Assembly (NCBI GenBank): GCA_964016885.1
Contig: OZ024741.1
Coordinates: 166,842,001-166,906,000 of the forward strand
Origin: Eledone cirrhosa
Taxonomy: Eukaryota
Reading direction: 5' to 3'
Length of the DNA stretch: 64,000 nucleotides
The notes beneath the pieces were generated by a model, which saw only the letters and a program-made list of their open reading frames with translations, searched no databases and was not told the DNA's origin. The position numbers were made by a program, and so were the translations under genes. Shown here piece by piece: positions 13,861-29,392 of this stretch; position 1 is the stretch's first letter; the number at the start of each line of letters is the position of its first letter.

Positions 13861-14225
13861 GATAACAGAGAGGTTAAAATATTGTATGATTTTATGATAC
13901 AATGTGACAATATGATTGAAGTAAGGAAGCCAGGCATAATAATTGTCAACAAGAAACCAAACATTGTATTATAATAGATATTGAAGTTCCTGGTGATAGC
14001 AGAGTGGATGAAAACTAGGGAGAGAAGATAAACAAGTATAGGGATCTCGAACGGGATGTTACCACATTATGGCAAATGAAAAAAAGTATTTAGTAGTTGA
14101 GCCCTTGGAACGGTGTCAAGGTTATTAGGGGATTGGCTTGAGAAGCTCGGAATAGAAATAACATACACACTACAAAAGGCAGCCTTATTAGAAACAGCAA
14201 GAATTTTGTAAAATGCCTTCGAGAC
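13861..14225 (+). pseudogene. R4/Dong-type restriction-like endonuclease domain remnant (3' end of a non-LTR element)
   Basis: DNREVKILYDFMIQCDNMIEVRKPGIIIVNKK...IDIEVPGD...EKINKYRDL...ALGTVS...LQKAALLETARIL, a degenerate PD-(D/E)xK RLE with stops and frameshifts. Confidence 0.75.
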
Positions 14226-14358
14226 TTAAATTTGAAGGAAGCTTTGGAACCTCTGGTTATTTGTTATAACCCCCGCTTCTAAATTTGTTTGGAGATCTGC
14301 CAGCATTCAAGAGACAATAATATATTAAAAGTAATAATGATTTCTTTGTTAATTTCAG

Positions 14359-14420
14359 GTTTACAAAAACCACCTTAAGGACGGCACAGGGTGATACATT
14401 GTGGGTCTACATGGAAACCT
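14359..14420 (+). CDS. Probable penultimate coding exon of an unidentified host gene
   Basis: Acceptor TTTCTTTGTTAATTTCAG, donor CCT|GTAAGA. Open frame FTKTTLRTAQGDTLWVYMET; phase matches the next exon. Confidence 0.55.
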
Positions 14421-14568
14421 GTAAGAAATGAGAAATATCAAAAACAAAAACAAAAGAAGTACCAATAAAATTCAAAACAAAGAATATTCGCGAAAAGTGA
14501 GGAAAACCACAATAAGAAAAACACAGCCACCATGAACACTAAGGCTAATGTCTTCTTCCAATTTACAG

Positions 14569-15008
14569 GTGCATACTCACAGCAGACTCGTTCACTTGGA
14601 CCATGTTCGACACTTTCATCGACATGTCCACACATTTGCTGGAAGGCTAATAGCACTTCCATGCCTGAAAAGATTATCACGGACTCTCAAAGCACTGCTA
14701 GACCAGGATTCCTGGAAATTTTCCATGGGTATTGGATCGAATTTCCCCCGGAACAGACAAGTCGATTAATTTTCTTTGACACTCGGAGTTTTCTCGAGAA
14801 AGTTGGCGCTTATACTCGCTACTATATAGTATGCCAAAGTGGAATTTCGATCGACCACATTGCCTGTCTGGTATATCACTGTGAAAGTTTGGTAACATTC
14901 CATTTGCCAAGCGTCCTTTCTCGGTTTTCGCTTGACCAAGGATTACAGCTCTTTGAAAGAGATAAGCTGGAGAAAGACACATCTGACAAATGGCACCACA
15001 CCAGCTAA
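14569..15008 (+). CDS. Probable terminal coding exon of the same gene
   Basis: Branch GCTAAT plus TCTTCTTCCAATTTACAG acceptor. The phase-1 join gives ...MET-C-AYSQQTRSLGPC...DKWHHTS*, ~146 non-repetitive open codons in AT-rich DNA. Confidence 0.6.
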
Positions 15009-15512
15009 CTATTAAGGAAACATTGGTGACGTGGTAGATTCTGAGCATGCCTGCATATATAATGGTTTCTAATTTAGACATAAACCCAACAAATATGAGG
15101 GAGAAAGAAAATCACTCATATTGACCCCCGCATTTGAATGCAACTTTATTTTATCGACCCCCGAATAATGAAAGGCAAAAACAGGCACCAGTGAGTTTTG
15201 AACTCAAACAGTAAAAGAGAAACGATAGATACTACAAGACATATTTTACCATTGCTAGCGATACTTCCTCTAAGTTTCCTCAGAGAACCAACCAGTCACT
15301 TAGATTTAAAAAACAGTATTATTAATGTATTTCATCCCTACTAAATAGCACCATAATTATGGAGTTATTTCCCTTAATATCTACGGCTCGGGAAATTCTC
15401 ACATAAACAACGTATATGCACAATTGAAAGGGTATATCCGCCTAGATAAGAAAAAAAACTTATTTGAAAGCGTCAGTTATAGCTTTAAAGTTCATTTAGT
15501 GTTCATGTAGAC

Positions 15513-15850
15513 GCATCATGGTTGAATGATTTAGAGGTTCACTTCACAAGCATTAGTCCCTGGGTTCGTTTCCATTGCGTGAAATCTTGGACAAGTGTCA
15601 TTTACCATGGCCTCGTGTCGTCCCATGCCTTGTGAGTGAAATTGAGTAGACCGAAATTATTTGGAAGTCTGTAGAATGGACTGTACCTGTAATTCAAAGG
15701 ACCAGCCTTGTTACACACAATCACGGTGAATGACTTTGAGAATTACGTTGTGTACACATGACTATGGAATACAGAACCACGTTTATGAGCAAGTTGTTCC
15801 GTTGACCGAACAACTAGAAAATTCATCGTCAAACCCAACGGAGGTCCATT
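15513..15850 (+). mobile_element. Old tRNA-derived SINE (octopus OK-like)
   Basis: B-box-like GGGTTCGTTTCC followed by TTGGACAAGTGTC...GCCTTGTGAGTGAAATTGAGTAGACCGAAA, recalled as typical of cephalopod SINE bodies. Diverged. Confidence 0.55.
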
Positions 15851-16438
15851 CATGTGTTGTCCAACAGACAACACAGAAGAAAGTCTGACTAACAATGTCA
15901 TAAATTAAAATAGAAGCAATATAAGAGAAAAATTCAGATTGCCCTGAAATGACTAACAAAACAGCTTTTCTTCTTTTGATGCGTTCATGAACAATAACCT
16001 AATTCTATTTTATTCCTTCTACTGAGATGGTTCCGATTACAGCTTTTGGAAGTTTAATCTCTATATTAATAGCCGAATGAAGAAATCTCTTGTGCACGAA
16101 TTAGAGCGTAGGATGAAATCCTTCTTTGCACTTTGAATTCAAATCCCACCTCCTTTTGCCAGCAGATAGTATCAGCAATGGAAATATACAGAGTGACCAC
16201 ACAAACACACCAGCTACGTTATTGTGGAGTGAACGCCATTTTGAATTACATTGCCATCTGCAAATGAGGAAAGAAACTTTGTTAGTTTATGCAACTGTAG
16301 TCACCAATATTGTAAAAATGTTCATTTAAGTTTTGATATTATAAGTTTTTGAAACCAATGAGTGTTTTTGTGGTCCGATCTGACAAGCAGATAAATACGC
16401 ACATATACATACATATATACATACATTCACACACAGAG

Positions 16439-16600
<162 letters not shown>

Positions 16601-16723
16601 CTGATGACCTAGTGATAAACAGGCGAACCTCCAGAGTAGCAAGGCTCACTATTAAATCTTAATAAAAATGAATATTAAAACTCTACTTAGCTATTGAGTA
16701 CTTCTTTCTTTCAGCCGTCAACC

Positions 16724-16809
<86 letters not shown>

Positions 16810-16811
<2 letters not shown>

Positions 16812-17254
16812 TGGCTGCCAACTCGTTTTCGAGTACGGCCACTACTTTATATTCATGTAGGAGAACCCCTACCGATGCGCTGAACGCGTGTGACTTTTTA
16901 GTCCAGCCAGCGACTTGAAAACTCTGGTACAAACATTACACTTGTGACAATTATTGACACATAGTGCTGGGCCCATGGTACCATGTGATGACAAGTGCAG
17001 AGCGATCTCCAGATATAAAGCAATGCCTGTGCCGTGAAGCATTTATAGTGAGCATAGGCACTGCACAAAGCCAGTCCCACTCTCTTAACCAAGATGATAT
17101 TTACCAAAAAGAAGAACAAGTCAACATCATTGGATACCATCAGGGTTGCAGGTGTTATATCAGAGTTTTCCTTCTCCTAGAATTCTGGCTTGACAAAGGC
17201 TAAGGGGTCATCTCTCCCGGTGATTTTGGATGGCCATTGACTCTTAAGAGTCAA
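16810..17254 (-). mobile_element. 5'-truncated dispersed copy of the bipartite RTE-like element of 6975-8790
   Basis: Reverse complement is highly similar. It ends in GGCAGCCACC followed by (AT)n and is flanked by (TA)n on both sides. Confidence 0.88.
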
Positions 17255-17274
17255 TATATACATACAATACATAC

Positions 17275-17344
<70 letters not shown>

Positions 17345-17611
17345 GTTTACATATATATAAAAAGTCATAGATATATATATGTTTTGCAACAGGTCACGTT
17401 GTGGCTCAATGAAGAATTAATAAATTAAATAATCAGAACTATATATCATAAAACATGTCTTTAGAATCACTAGATATAATATATACCATTTCCTTCATAG
17501 GAGTCTTTATTCTTATAGCTTGGCCTAATTGATTTTTTTATATGGTTAATTATGCTAATTGGGAGAGGAAATGGTATATATTATATCTAGTGATTCTAAA
17601 GACATGTTTTA

Positions 17612-17697
<86 letters not shown>

Positions 17698-17950
17698 ATA
17701 TATAGTTCAAGGGAACGACAAAACAGAGGTACAAAAAGTCTTATTAGTTTCACGCTTTATATAGAAAAGGGGAAAGAATGCTCGACGTGTCGGGCTTCAA
17801 CCATTCTTTGGGAATACAAAAAAAAAAAAAATAGTGACAGGATCATAAAGGTTAGATGCAGAAAATATAAAGCAGTCCAAGTAAAGAAAAACGAAAATAA
17901 TGAAAGTAAACAAGACAACCCGTAAGGTAGTCATGGAAACGATTTTGGAA

Positions 17951-17996
<46 letters not shown>

Positions 17997-18075
17997 AAAG
18001 AGGGTGTGGTAAGGTACCAGATAGATTATAACGCACCAGAGTATTCAATATTTAGAGTAGTAGAGTGGATAATAG

Positions 18076-18289
<214 letters not shown>

Positions 18290-18423
18290 TATATAACGAA
18301 GGAAATGTGGTAAGGAACCAGGTGGACCATAACGCACCAAATTACTCAATACTTAGGGTAGTAGAGTGGGTAATAGGAACAAGTAAGACCCCGACGGCTG
18401 AGCTCAAGCCGTTTCGACGGCTA

Positions 18424-18483
<60 letters not shown>

Positions 18484-18486
<3 letters not shown>

Positions 18487-21390
18487 GGCACCTGGAATGT
18501 CCGCACGCTCTTTCGGGAGGGGCGGATGGAGCAGGTGTTGAAGGAGATGAGAGAATATCGCCTTGACATCATGGGCATCAGCGAGACGAGGTGGACAGGA
18601 CAGGGACGACTCGACAGCGGAAAGATGACTATTCTCTACTCCGGTGATGATGACCACGGAGTTGGTATCATCCTCACCGGAGATGTATCACGGGCTCTTG
18701 TGGGATGGAGGCCAGTGAGTGAACGAATTATTACTGCCAGATTGAGCACATGGTTAGCCAAGGTGACTGTAGTGCAAGTCTACGCCACGACTGAAGCTGC
18801 TTCAGATGAAGATAAGGATACCTTCTTTATCCAACTACAGGATGTCCTAGACGAAACACCCAGGTCAGACATTAGGCTGGTGATTGGTGACTTCAATGCC
18901 AAGCTAGATGGAGACAGGAGAGAAATGCTTTCAGCCATTGGCCCCCACGGTTCAGCTGATTCCACCAATAACAACGGGGAACGGTTGCTGTCCCTAAGCA
19001 GTATCAGAAACCTCTCCATCGGGAATACGTTCTTCACCCATAGGCGGATTCACAAGATGACATGGATTTCCCCTGATGGCAACACCAGGAATGAGATTGA
19101 TTATATCTGCATTGGCACGAGGTGGCGTTCCTCTCTCTTGGATGTTCGCACCTACCGAGGGGCAGACGTCGGATCTGACCATCATCTTGTAGTTGGAAAA
19201 ATCCGCTTGAGGTTGAAGAAGAACAAAGCAAATAAGACCGTGAGGCCATATGCTGTCGCAAGCCTACAAGACCAAGGCATATCAGAGGGATTCTACCTGG
19301 TGATCAGGAATAAGTTCCAAGAACTACAGCACACACAGAACCGTGAAGACCAGTGGCAGATGTTTGCTCAGGCGGTCAGGGTGAGTGCTGATGTAGTTAT
19401 TGGTAGAAGAAGGGGGACCAACCGGGAACAGTGGATCAGCAGTATTTCATGGAATCTCATTGACGAGAGGAAGGATGTTAAGAACAAAAGAGATCAAACC
19501 AAAACTCGACAGCAATGGAAGGAAGTGTACAAAGAGTACAGACGTCTTGACAAGGAAGTAAAGAAAAGCTGTCGAAAAGACAAGCGCCAGTGGTTAGAAG
19601 ATCGGGCTGCAGAGGCACAGGTGGCAGCAGATCGAAATGATTCCAAGACGCTGTACCGGATAGTCAGAGAGCTAACTGGAGGACGAAGTGGAAGCAGTTT
19701 GCCAATCAAGAGCAAAGATGGTCGGATGATTGCAGCCAGTGAAGAGCAGGCCCAGAGGTGGAACGAACACTTTCGTGAGGTCCTCAATCAGCCATCCCCC
19801 AACACAGTCTTCGAGCTTGACTCGGAGGAAGCGAGCTACCAGCTGGATGTACGACTAGACGACATCACAAGAGCTGAGGTGGCCAAGGCCATCCGCTGCC
19901 AAAAGAATAACAAAGCGGCAGGGCTGGATGAGATTCCTGCAGAGTTTCTGAAGCACGGCAAGGATGTAATAGAGGAGCAGCTCACCCATTTATGCAATGT
20001 GATTTGTCAAGAAGAGGAGGTGCCGGAGGACTGGGGAAATGGAGTGATAGTACCACTACCGAAGAAGGGCTGTCTCAGCGACTGCAACAACTGGAGAGGG
20101 ATCACGTTGCTATCAGTGCCAGGGAAGGTATTCTGCAGTCATCCTGAACCGGCTGAGAGCAGAAGTAGATCGTCATCTTCGAGAAGAACAGGCTGGCTTC
20201 CGCAGTGGAAGGTCTTGTTCAGAGCAGATCTTTACTCTCCGAAATATCATTGAACAATGTCGGGAGTTCCACAAGTCCCTTGTTGTCAACTACATTGACT
20301 CCAGGAAAGATTTCGACAGTGTTCATCGGGAGTCATTGTGGAAGATTGTAAGACTCTACTGTGTCCCAGAGAAATATATTAACATCTTCAGGTCGCTGTA
20401 CCGACATTCCAGGTGGTGCGTTAGGACAAAGGACGGAAACACGGAAATGTTTGACATCTCGACGGGTGTTCGACAAGGCTGCATCCTTTCGCCTTTCCTT
20501 TTCCTCATTGTCATCGATTTCATCATGAAGAAGACAATGAGTGACCCTCGTTTTGGGATCAGTTGGGATGGAAGGAGATTAAGCGATCTGGAATTTGCCG
20601 ATGACATCGCAGTGATAGGCCATTCCCGAGAAGACCTGCAAGAGATGACAAACGTTCTAAATGACAATGCAGAGAAAGTTGGCCTGCACATCAGTTGTGA
20701 AAAAACCAAGACCATATCAACAGGTGACCCTCCAAAGCCTCCCATCATGGTTGGTCAGCGTAACATTGAATGTGTAAACCACTTCCAATACCTTGGCAGC
20801 AACATCTCTGACGATGGGGATGCTGAGGTGGATGTGCGCACAAGGCTGGAAAAAGCAGCAGCGGTCTTCCAGCGACTCCGTCCGGTATGGTCCAGGTGTT
20901 CCATCGGCAACGCCGTCAAATTCCGTGTTTACATGTCCATTGTAGTACCAACAGCGATATATGCCTGTGAGATATGCAAGAGTACGGAAAGTGTATGTAA
21001 CAAGCTTGATGTATTCCACCATCATTGCATTCGGACCATATTGAAAATTTCTTGGAGAGACCAAGTTAGCAACGAGGAAGTGATGAGGAGGTCAGGATTG
21101 GAGAGGTTAAGGGACATTGTCCGGAAAAGGAGACGGCGGTTCGCGGGCCACATCCTTCGTTTGCCGGCAGATCGACCTGCTCGTATTGCCATGGATTGGG
21201 TACCAGAAGGTGGCAGGAGAGAACGGGAAAGACCACGAAAAACATGGCGGAGCACATTCAGGGAGGACCTGCGGGAGATGGGAATTACCTGGAGAAGTGT
21301 TAGAAGGGCCGCCAGTGACAGGATCAAGTGGAGGAAGCTCGTCGCCCAATGTTCCACAAGGGACTGGAGGAACTAAGACTAAGACTAAGA
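18484..21390 (+). mobile_element. Nearly full-length RTE-clade LINE (APE + RT) disrupted by a frameshift at ~20140
   Basis: APE motifs GTWNVRT, GISETRW, GDFNAK, NEIDYI and SDHH. RT motifs [29 protein letters not shown] and FQYLGS. (TAAGAC)n tail starting at the stop codon. Restoring 2 nt at KVFCS|VILNRL joins ORFs 18307-20253 and 20336-21376. Confidence 0.95.
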
Positions 21391-21421
21391 TACTATATAT
21401 ATATACATATATATACATAAT

Positions 21422-21535
<114 letters not shown>

Positions 21536-21604
21536 TATATATATATGTATGTGTTGGGTGTGTGTGTATATAATTATATATATATATATAATATATATAT
21601 ATAT

Positions 21605-22520
21605 ATATAAGTATGTATACGTACATACATATATACATACAGTAGTATGTATATATATATCCATACGTGCACACATATATATATGTACGTATGGATTCAC
21701 CGAACATTTATTATAATGCTCGGTGTGTTTGTAAGCAAACATCCCGAATTAAGCCGTACAGTGTTTAGCAACAATCGTTGCTCATTTGTTCCACACTGAC
21801 AAAGGAACGCTGTACCAGTTTCAAGCTTATTAGCTATCGTCAGCAACGTATACCTTCCTGCCAGATGATTGAACGTCTGAAAGTATATATTTTCCTTATG
21901 CATATTAACGGCTGAGCAGCCTAATTTGCATATCGAGTGAGTTAATCGGCCGGGCGCACCGAAAACGATAAACAGAAAAAATGAAACGAAATTTCATTTC
22001 TCACTCTTAGTACGGCTGTTACTTAAATATAAATATGTATACGTACATACATATATGTATACAGACGTACAGTAGTATGTATATATATATACATACATGC
22101 ACACATATATATATATGTACGTATGGATTCACCGAACATTTATTATAATGCTCGGTGTGTTTGTAAACAAACATCCCGAATTAAGCCGTACAGTGTCTAG
22201 CAACCATCGTTGCTCATTTGTTCAACACTGACAAAGGAACGCTGTACTATGTCAAGCTTATTAGCTATCGTCAGCAACGTATACCTTCCTGCCAGATGAT
22301 TGAACGTCTGAAAGTATATACTTTCCTTATGCATATTAACGGCTGAGCAGCCTAATTTGCATATGGAGTGAGTTAATCGGCCGGGGTACCGAAAACGATA
22401 AACGGAAAAAATGAAACGAAATTTCATTTCTCACTCTTAGTACAGCTGTTACTTAAATATAAGTATGTACACGTACATACATATATGTATACAGACGTAC
22501 AGTAGTATGTATACAGACGT
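21605..22520. repeat. Direct tandem duplication, ~432-bp unit x2 plus partial third
   Basis: ATGGATTCACCGAACATTTATTATAATGC...CACTCTTAGTAC occurs at 21691 and 22123. Confidence 0.9.
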
Positions 22521-23199
22521 ACAGGATGTATGGGGTATATAGGCAGGCGCCAGTCGACGTGTGTGTTGGTGTGTATATGGTTGTGCGTGTGTGTGGGTGT
22601 GTGTAAGAGAGGGAGTGCGTGTGTGTAAGAGAGGGAGTGCGTGTGTGTATATGTATATTGGTGTGTATATCTACATATGTGTGCGTACATATGTGTATGC
22701 ATATATATATGTATGTGTCTGCGTGTGTGCATATGTGTATGTGTATTTATATGTGTGTGTGTATGTGTGGGTATATATTTGTGAGTGTGAGCGGACTTGT
22801 GAAATACCACGGAGAGTAGCTGATGGCCAGTGTGGAAGAAAATATTGAATTTATGATGACGTAGAAAAACAACAGCCAATAAAAAGACAAGAGTGGAAGA
22901 TGTTTTTTTAAGGTGTTTTTTGAAGCTAACACCCCAGTGAGAAAATTTGCTCCGAAAGCATTGCATGTGTCCGAAGAACCCGCAGTTCTAGAATCAGACA
23001 GATCCATACAATGATCCTGTCTCGAGCTATCTGCTGGCGAAACAATTGTAACACGCAATAAACTGAGTCTAGATGCATCACTGATTTTTCGTTTTATATT
23101 ATATCACACTCTGCTCTGTAAGAACATAGAGTGCTCAACTGGCATACCGCCTATGGAAGCACCATAGCTACATATTAAACACACACACACACATTTTTT

Positions 23200-23411
23200 T
23201 CTACGATCGACTTTCGTCAAATCGGACCGAGGAAACAATGTTTCCGTTGGTCTTTCCAGTTGCTAATACTATCTATCGGTCGGTCGCAACTCCAGGTAGA
23301 AGGAGCAACGTGAAATAAAGTGTCTTGCTCAAGGACATAACGCATCGCCCGGTCCAGGAATCGAACTCGCAACCTCAAGATTGTGAATCCAATTCTCTAA
23401 CCACACGCCTT

Positions 23412-23412
<1 letters not shown>
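23200..23412 (-). mobile_element. tRNA-derived CORE-type SINE
   Basis: Minus strand has B-box GAGTTCGATTCC then TGTCCTTGAGCAAGACACTTTATTTCAC (CORE-like). Confidence 0.7.
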
Positions 23413-23460
<48 letters not shown>

Positions 23461-23464
23461 TATT

Positions 23465-23815
23465 CTAGGGCGGGTAAAATTCCAGAGATCCATGGACGAG
23501 TTCTCTCCAGCGGTCTCTGTCCCTCATTATCGCTGCCATGTCCTGCGTCTCCAACAGACAAGTGTATGTCCTTAGGGCATCAATATACGTTAACCTTGGT
23601 CTTCCTCCTCCAGTGTGTCCATATAGGGGCTCCCACAGGAGCACTGGGTGCAATGTCATCTCTGGATGTCGGTGAGCATGTCCAGCTAACGTCAGTCTCC
23701 TCTGTGTCACTTTTGAGCTGACTTTTGGGAGGCTCCCATACAGCTCTGAGTTTTTAATCTTCAGTGTATACTGATTAATGTTCAGAGCCATCCTCAGCAT
23801 TCTCGTGTAGCACCC
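23465..23815 (-). pseudogene. 3' end of an RTE/RTE-X-type LINE (5'-truncated), flanked by (TA)n
   Basis: [13 protein letters not shown]...RRLTLAGHAHRH...GGRPRLTYIDAL...DRDRWRELV is a typical RTE-group C-terminal thumb region. Confidence 0.85.
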
Positions 23816-23848
23816 ATATATATATATATATGTATACATAATCATATG

Positions 23849-23913
<65 letters not shown>

Positions 23914-23921
23914 ACATAATC

Positions 23922-23968
<47 letters not shown>

Positions 23969-24350
23969 CATATATCTTAGAGTGTGCAACGAAATAATAT
24001 TATGCTTAGTTAAGTTCAACGATTTTTCTGATAAGAAACATCTTGAAAACAAGAAGGATGTATTCGTTTCTATTGCATCATTGATGTTTCTATTCTCGAT
24101 TGTCTTTCAAGACAGAACGAACAAGAGATTATGTGTCCAATAAATAAAGATGACACATTATGTAAGAATCATCATTTAACTTCATTTATCTACAATCTCT
24201 TTCATTTGAATACCTGAAGGTAATTAGCTGAGCTTCGTAACAACTTTATCGCGTTCGTAGATATTTAGTGAGGGACTATTCTGTGTTCATTTGTTCACCC
24301 TCCTCTCACTAACACACCACCACTAACACAATAAGAACAGCAACAACATT

Positions 24351-24391
<41 letters not shown>

Positions 24392-24432
24392 TCACCACCA
24401 CCACCACCACCACCACCACCACCACCACCACC

Positions 24433-24482
<50 letters not shown>

Positions 24483-24965
24483 CTATTTCATATCTCACAC
24501 CTCAAATTCTTCTTCTGATGCTGGCAATGAGGTATCATCTTTCAGTGTCTTGTTTACAGTTTTACCTATCTACTTATTATCATCCTAATATTATAACAGG
24601 TTTTCAGAAATATGAATTCAGAAACATTCCGATCTACATTCAGAGCACAACACAATATTAAGTTTTTCACTGTAAAAAAAAAAATCAAAAAAAAAAAATC
24701 ACCTATTTCTATTAATTATGTTACGACTCCATTTTCCTTCATGTCATGTTTAATCAATCATCTAACACGACAGAAATGTTATTGTATGTATAGACCCGTA
24801 ACTACTGATGGATTCGTAGAGATGTCGTGAAATATCATGGCGTGTTTTTTAAACATGGCGGATCCCATCCCTTTCCAAGTCTGAATACAGCGCCGATTTC
24901 TTCCACAGAAGAGATAGATAGATAAATAAATAAGATAGATAGATAGATAGACATCTTTCCTTATT

Positions 24966-25074
<109 letters not shown>

Positions 25075-25119
25075 ATAAGAGAGGAAGTGAGAAAGAGATA
25101 TAAAGGAAGAATACTTCTT

Positions 25120-25246
25120 TTATCAACCTCGAAAGAATGAAAGGTAAAGTTGACCTCGACAGGATTTGAATTTAGAACGCAGGGAGCCGGAACGAAGACT
25201 GCATGGCATTCTACTCGACGTTCTAACTACTCTGCCAATTTACCGC
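25120..25246 (-). mobile_element. Diverged tRNA-derived SINE (OR-like)
   Basis: GAATGAAAGGTAAAGTTGACCTCGACAGGATTTGAA...CTGCCAATTTACCGC is the reverse complement of the SINE head and body. Confidence 0.7.
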
Positions 25247-25482
25247 TTATCTTGACGTATAAACTGTCATGGTAATGGTTTGGTGGGGGCGAGAGTGCCA
25301 ACAATGTGTGCGTGAGATAGGATATCTATATCTATATCTATATCTATCTCTATATCTATATATATTTTATACTTTGGGAGGGTCACGCAGCCAATAAAAC
25401 ACACGCACCTGTTGGTTTTCACTTCAATTTATTACAAACTTCCGGTTCGTTGCTTCAATAACCGGGTGGTTGTTTGTATATT

Positions 25483-25525
25483 GTCAAAGCTCTTTCGTCA
25501 CACGTTCTGTGACGTCCTCAGTAAC
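25483..25525 (-). ncRNA. Minimal type I hammerhead ribozyme motif
   Basis: Minus strand reads GTTA-CTGAGGA-C-GTCACA(GAACG)TGTGAC-GAAA-GAGCT-T-TGAC. CUGANGA/GAAA core, 6-bp stem II, short stems I and III. Confidence 0.65.
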
Positions 25526-25585
25526 TGATTTGTTATTTTGTATCTCTTCTTTGTTCTGTCCTAAACTATCTTGTTTTTATATATG

Positions 25586-25683
<98 letters not shown>

Positions 25684-25975
25684 ACCCTCTATCGTGGGGA
25701 CTGATTACACATATTAGATATCCACACCAGTGGACAGACTTAAAATTATGAACAAACTTTCGACTGGATATCTAAGAGGACCAAAAGCAGTTAAAACCCC
25801 TTATTTCCCTACAACCTGCATTTCGCACTGAGGCGAGGAATTGAGGCCCCCTCTAACTTCATCCGATAACGGATGGCAATGAATTTTATGTGCACTTTAC
25901 ATGGACATTGACTAATATTACCACTGCGTTGTGAATGTAATTGAACTCACTATTTTCGTCAACTCTACTGTCAAT

Positions 25976-26308
<333 letters not shown>

Positions 26309-26898
26309 ATAAAATAAATATGGTTTTATAAAGATAGTTTCCATGTATTAATATCATTGATATTATACTCCAGAAGAAAACTGTAGACTGCTTGCTTCGA
26401 ATCTGTTATAAATAAATTTGTTGAATAATTAACCAACAAATTAAATATCTCTTTGCTTATATATATAACTTTTTTTTCTCATATATATTTTTTTCTCTCT
26501 CTTTTTGTGTCTATGTAATTTTGGGTTTTGATTCATGTGATAGACGAAGATATTAACTAATTGTTTGTCTAATTATTACGTTCTATACTTTAAATTTATT
26601 TTCTATTCTTCGTTCAATATATGGATAATATATATATAATATCCAATATTAATAACTTTTCATAATTGCTAACTATAACTTTTACATCTTCCTATTTATT
26701 ATTTTTTTTATTAACTTCAATCGAGATTTTAACTTTTAATTTCTAATTTTCAATCTTTTGACTAATTTTAGTTTTAATTTCCATTGTGAAGTCATAATAT
26801 TTAGACCCTAGAATTAAATTTATATTCTCTTCGCGGGTGATGGTCAATTCCATTGTCCAAGAATAAATAGGTGTAGTATTGAAACTTATACTCTACCA

Positions 26899-27106
26899 CA
26901 GGCATGTGAAACTGAGGGTTCCCCGAGGGCCACATGGGTCACACATGTATTGTCTGAGGGCCACACACGACAACTAATTGCGTACATTGCAACTAATTTT
27001 TTTTTTATTACTTTTTATATTACGAAGATAAAACATGCTCGTGCTGTAAAAACCTTTGTGCGGGTCACAGGTGTGCTTGTAAAGGGCTGCATGTTTGACA
27101 TGCCTG
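26899..27106. mobile_element. hAT (Charlie-like) MITE with 8-bp TSD
   Basis: TIRs CAGGCATGTGAAAC / GTTTGACATGCCTG. Perfect TSD CTCTACCA at 26891-26898 and 27107-27114. Confidence 0.9.
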
Positions 27107-27589
27107 CTCTACCACTACCGCAGATTTGGTCAGCTGCTACTGGAGTGGGACTAGCAGTAAACTATAACTTAGTGGCTGGCGTGAACCCTGTGACCGTGTC
27201 ATCTTACCGGCCGGGATGTGGGAGATTGGTTGGGGATGGGTATGCATAGGCTACTTTCGTTGTTTTGGGTAGTAGTTAGATGGTAAACTTCCCTCACATT
27301 TGCGCCAGCACAGAGCTGTGCAGGGAAATTATGGCTCACAAGGGAAGGAGCGAAGGCTTCAAGAACATCATCTTTGTCCGTTCCCTTGTCGCTTTAATTT
27401 GGATTGCCTCGAGAACCTCACTTATTATGTAAGAAGCTGTCTGATGAGATCATGGCACTGGTTAGGCGGAATTACCTGGCCACTGTCGTCATTGAAATAT
27501 GTATCACAGCCTTATCAATAAACGACTTTAACATCTGAAACTACTTCGCATTTTCTTATCCTATAATTTATATATATATATATATATGT

Positions 27590-28268
<679 letters not shown>

Positions 28269-28336
28269 CAAAGAAAATGCGAAGTAGAGAGAAAGAGAGA
28301 GGGTGAGAGAGAGATAGAGGGAGAGGGAGGGAGAGA

Positions 28337-28400
<64 letters not shown>

Positions 28401-28539
28401 CAGACATAGAACGAGAGAGGATGAGAGAGAAACCAAAAGAGCAATTACATTTAAAAATTTCGACCACGCCAATCTATTTTTAAAAACGTTGAGTGGATAT
28501 GAGTTTTTAAAAAAAATATGTTAGATTAAAAAAGACAGG

Positions 28540-28678
28540 CACTTTATTTTATCGACCCCGTGAGGATGAAAGGCGAAGTTAACCTCGGCGGAATTTGAAC
28601 TCAGATAATAAAGGGCCGTAACTCTATGCTGCAAGGCATGGCGTCCGACCCTCTACCAATACTGCTACTCCACCGCCT
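28540..28678 (-). mobile_element. tRNA-derived SINE (OR-like)
   Basis: Reverse complement of the head (GGCGGTGGAGTAGCAGTATTGG), B-box and body. Confidence 0.85.
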
Positions 28679-28708
28679 TTCAGAAGATAATAGATTGTGA
28701 CCGAAAGG

Positions 28709-28752
<44 letters not shown>

Positions 28753-28976
28753 AGGAGCAGCGGAGTGCGTAGTGGTGGTGGTGGTGATGAAATCTGTATT
28801 AAAAACCTACTAACATATTGTTTATCCTTAAATTTCTGTCATTTGTTGAATTTATTCGGTTTCTTTTGTTGTGTTGTATATATGTAATTAATTACTGATA
28901 TATACAAACAATATCTCATTGAGTAAGTAATTGTGAGCATATAGGTCTATGGCAAATATTTCCTATAACCTCGTCA

Positions 28977-29027
<51 letters not shown>

Positions 29028-29124
29028 TATATTTATTTTAAAGTAATAACAAAAATAACAAAACAAACGGCACAGTATATGAAAGAAATATATTAGTTTA
29101 ACGCTTGAAATAGCAGGGAGAGAG

Positions 29125-29160
29125 TCTTAACGTTTCGTACACTAGTCCTTCATCAGAAGA
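29125..29160 (-). ncRNA. Minimal hammerhead motif (stem II with one mismatch) in a Penelope-like pLTR fragment
   Basis: TCTT-CTGATGA-A-GGAC(TAGT)GTAC-GAAAC-GT-T-AAGA. The same flanking family occurs at 35110-35230. Confidence 0.65.
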
Positions 29161-29250
29161 TAAAGTTAGAAATAGAAGATAAATAGAAAGTAATGAGTGA
29201 AGAGCGGAAGGAACGGGGATGTATGTATGTGTGTGTGTGTGTAAGTGTGT

Positions 29251-29333
<83 letters not shown>

Positions 29334-29392
29334 ACTTCATTTTGTTGTGTTGTATTTATATGTAATTATATACTGTATATATTATGTGTATA

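Noticed and set aside
17237-17250. GACTCTTAAG resembling the R2 target GACTCTCTTAAGG
   Set aside because: It is a short imperfect match belonging to a palindrome inside the bipartite RTE element, with no R2 sequence adjacent.
18307-18483. N-terminal 59 aa of the 648-aa ORF as part of the RTE protein
   Set aside because: It is a chance read-through from an unrelated repeat and a (TA)n tract into the APE domain.
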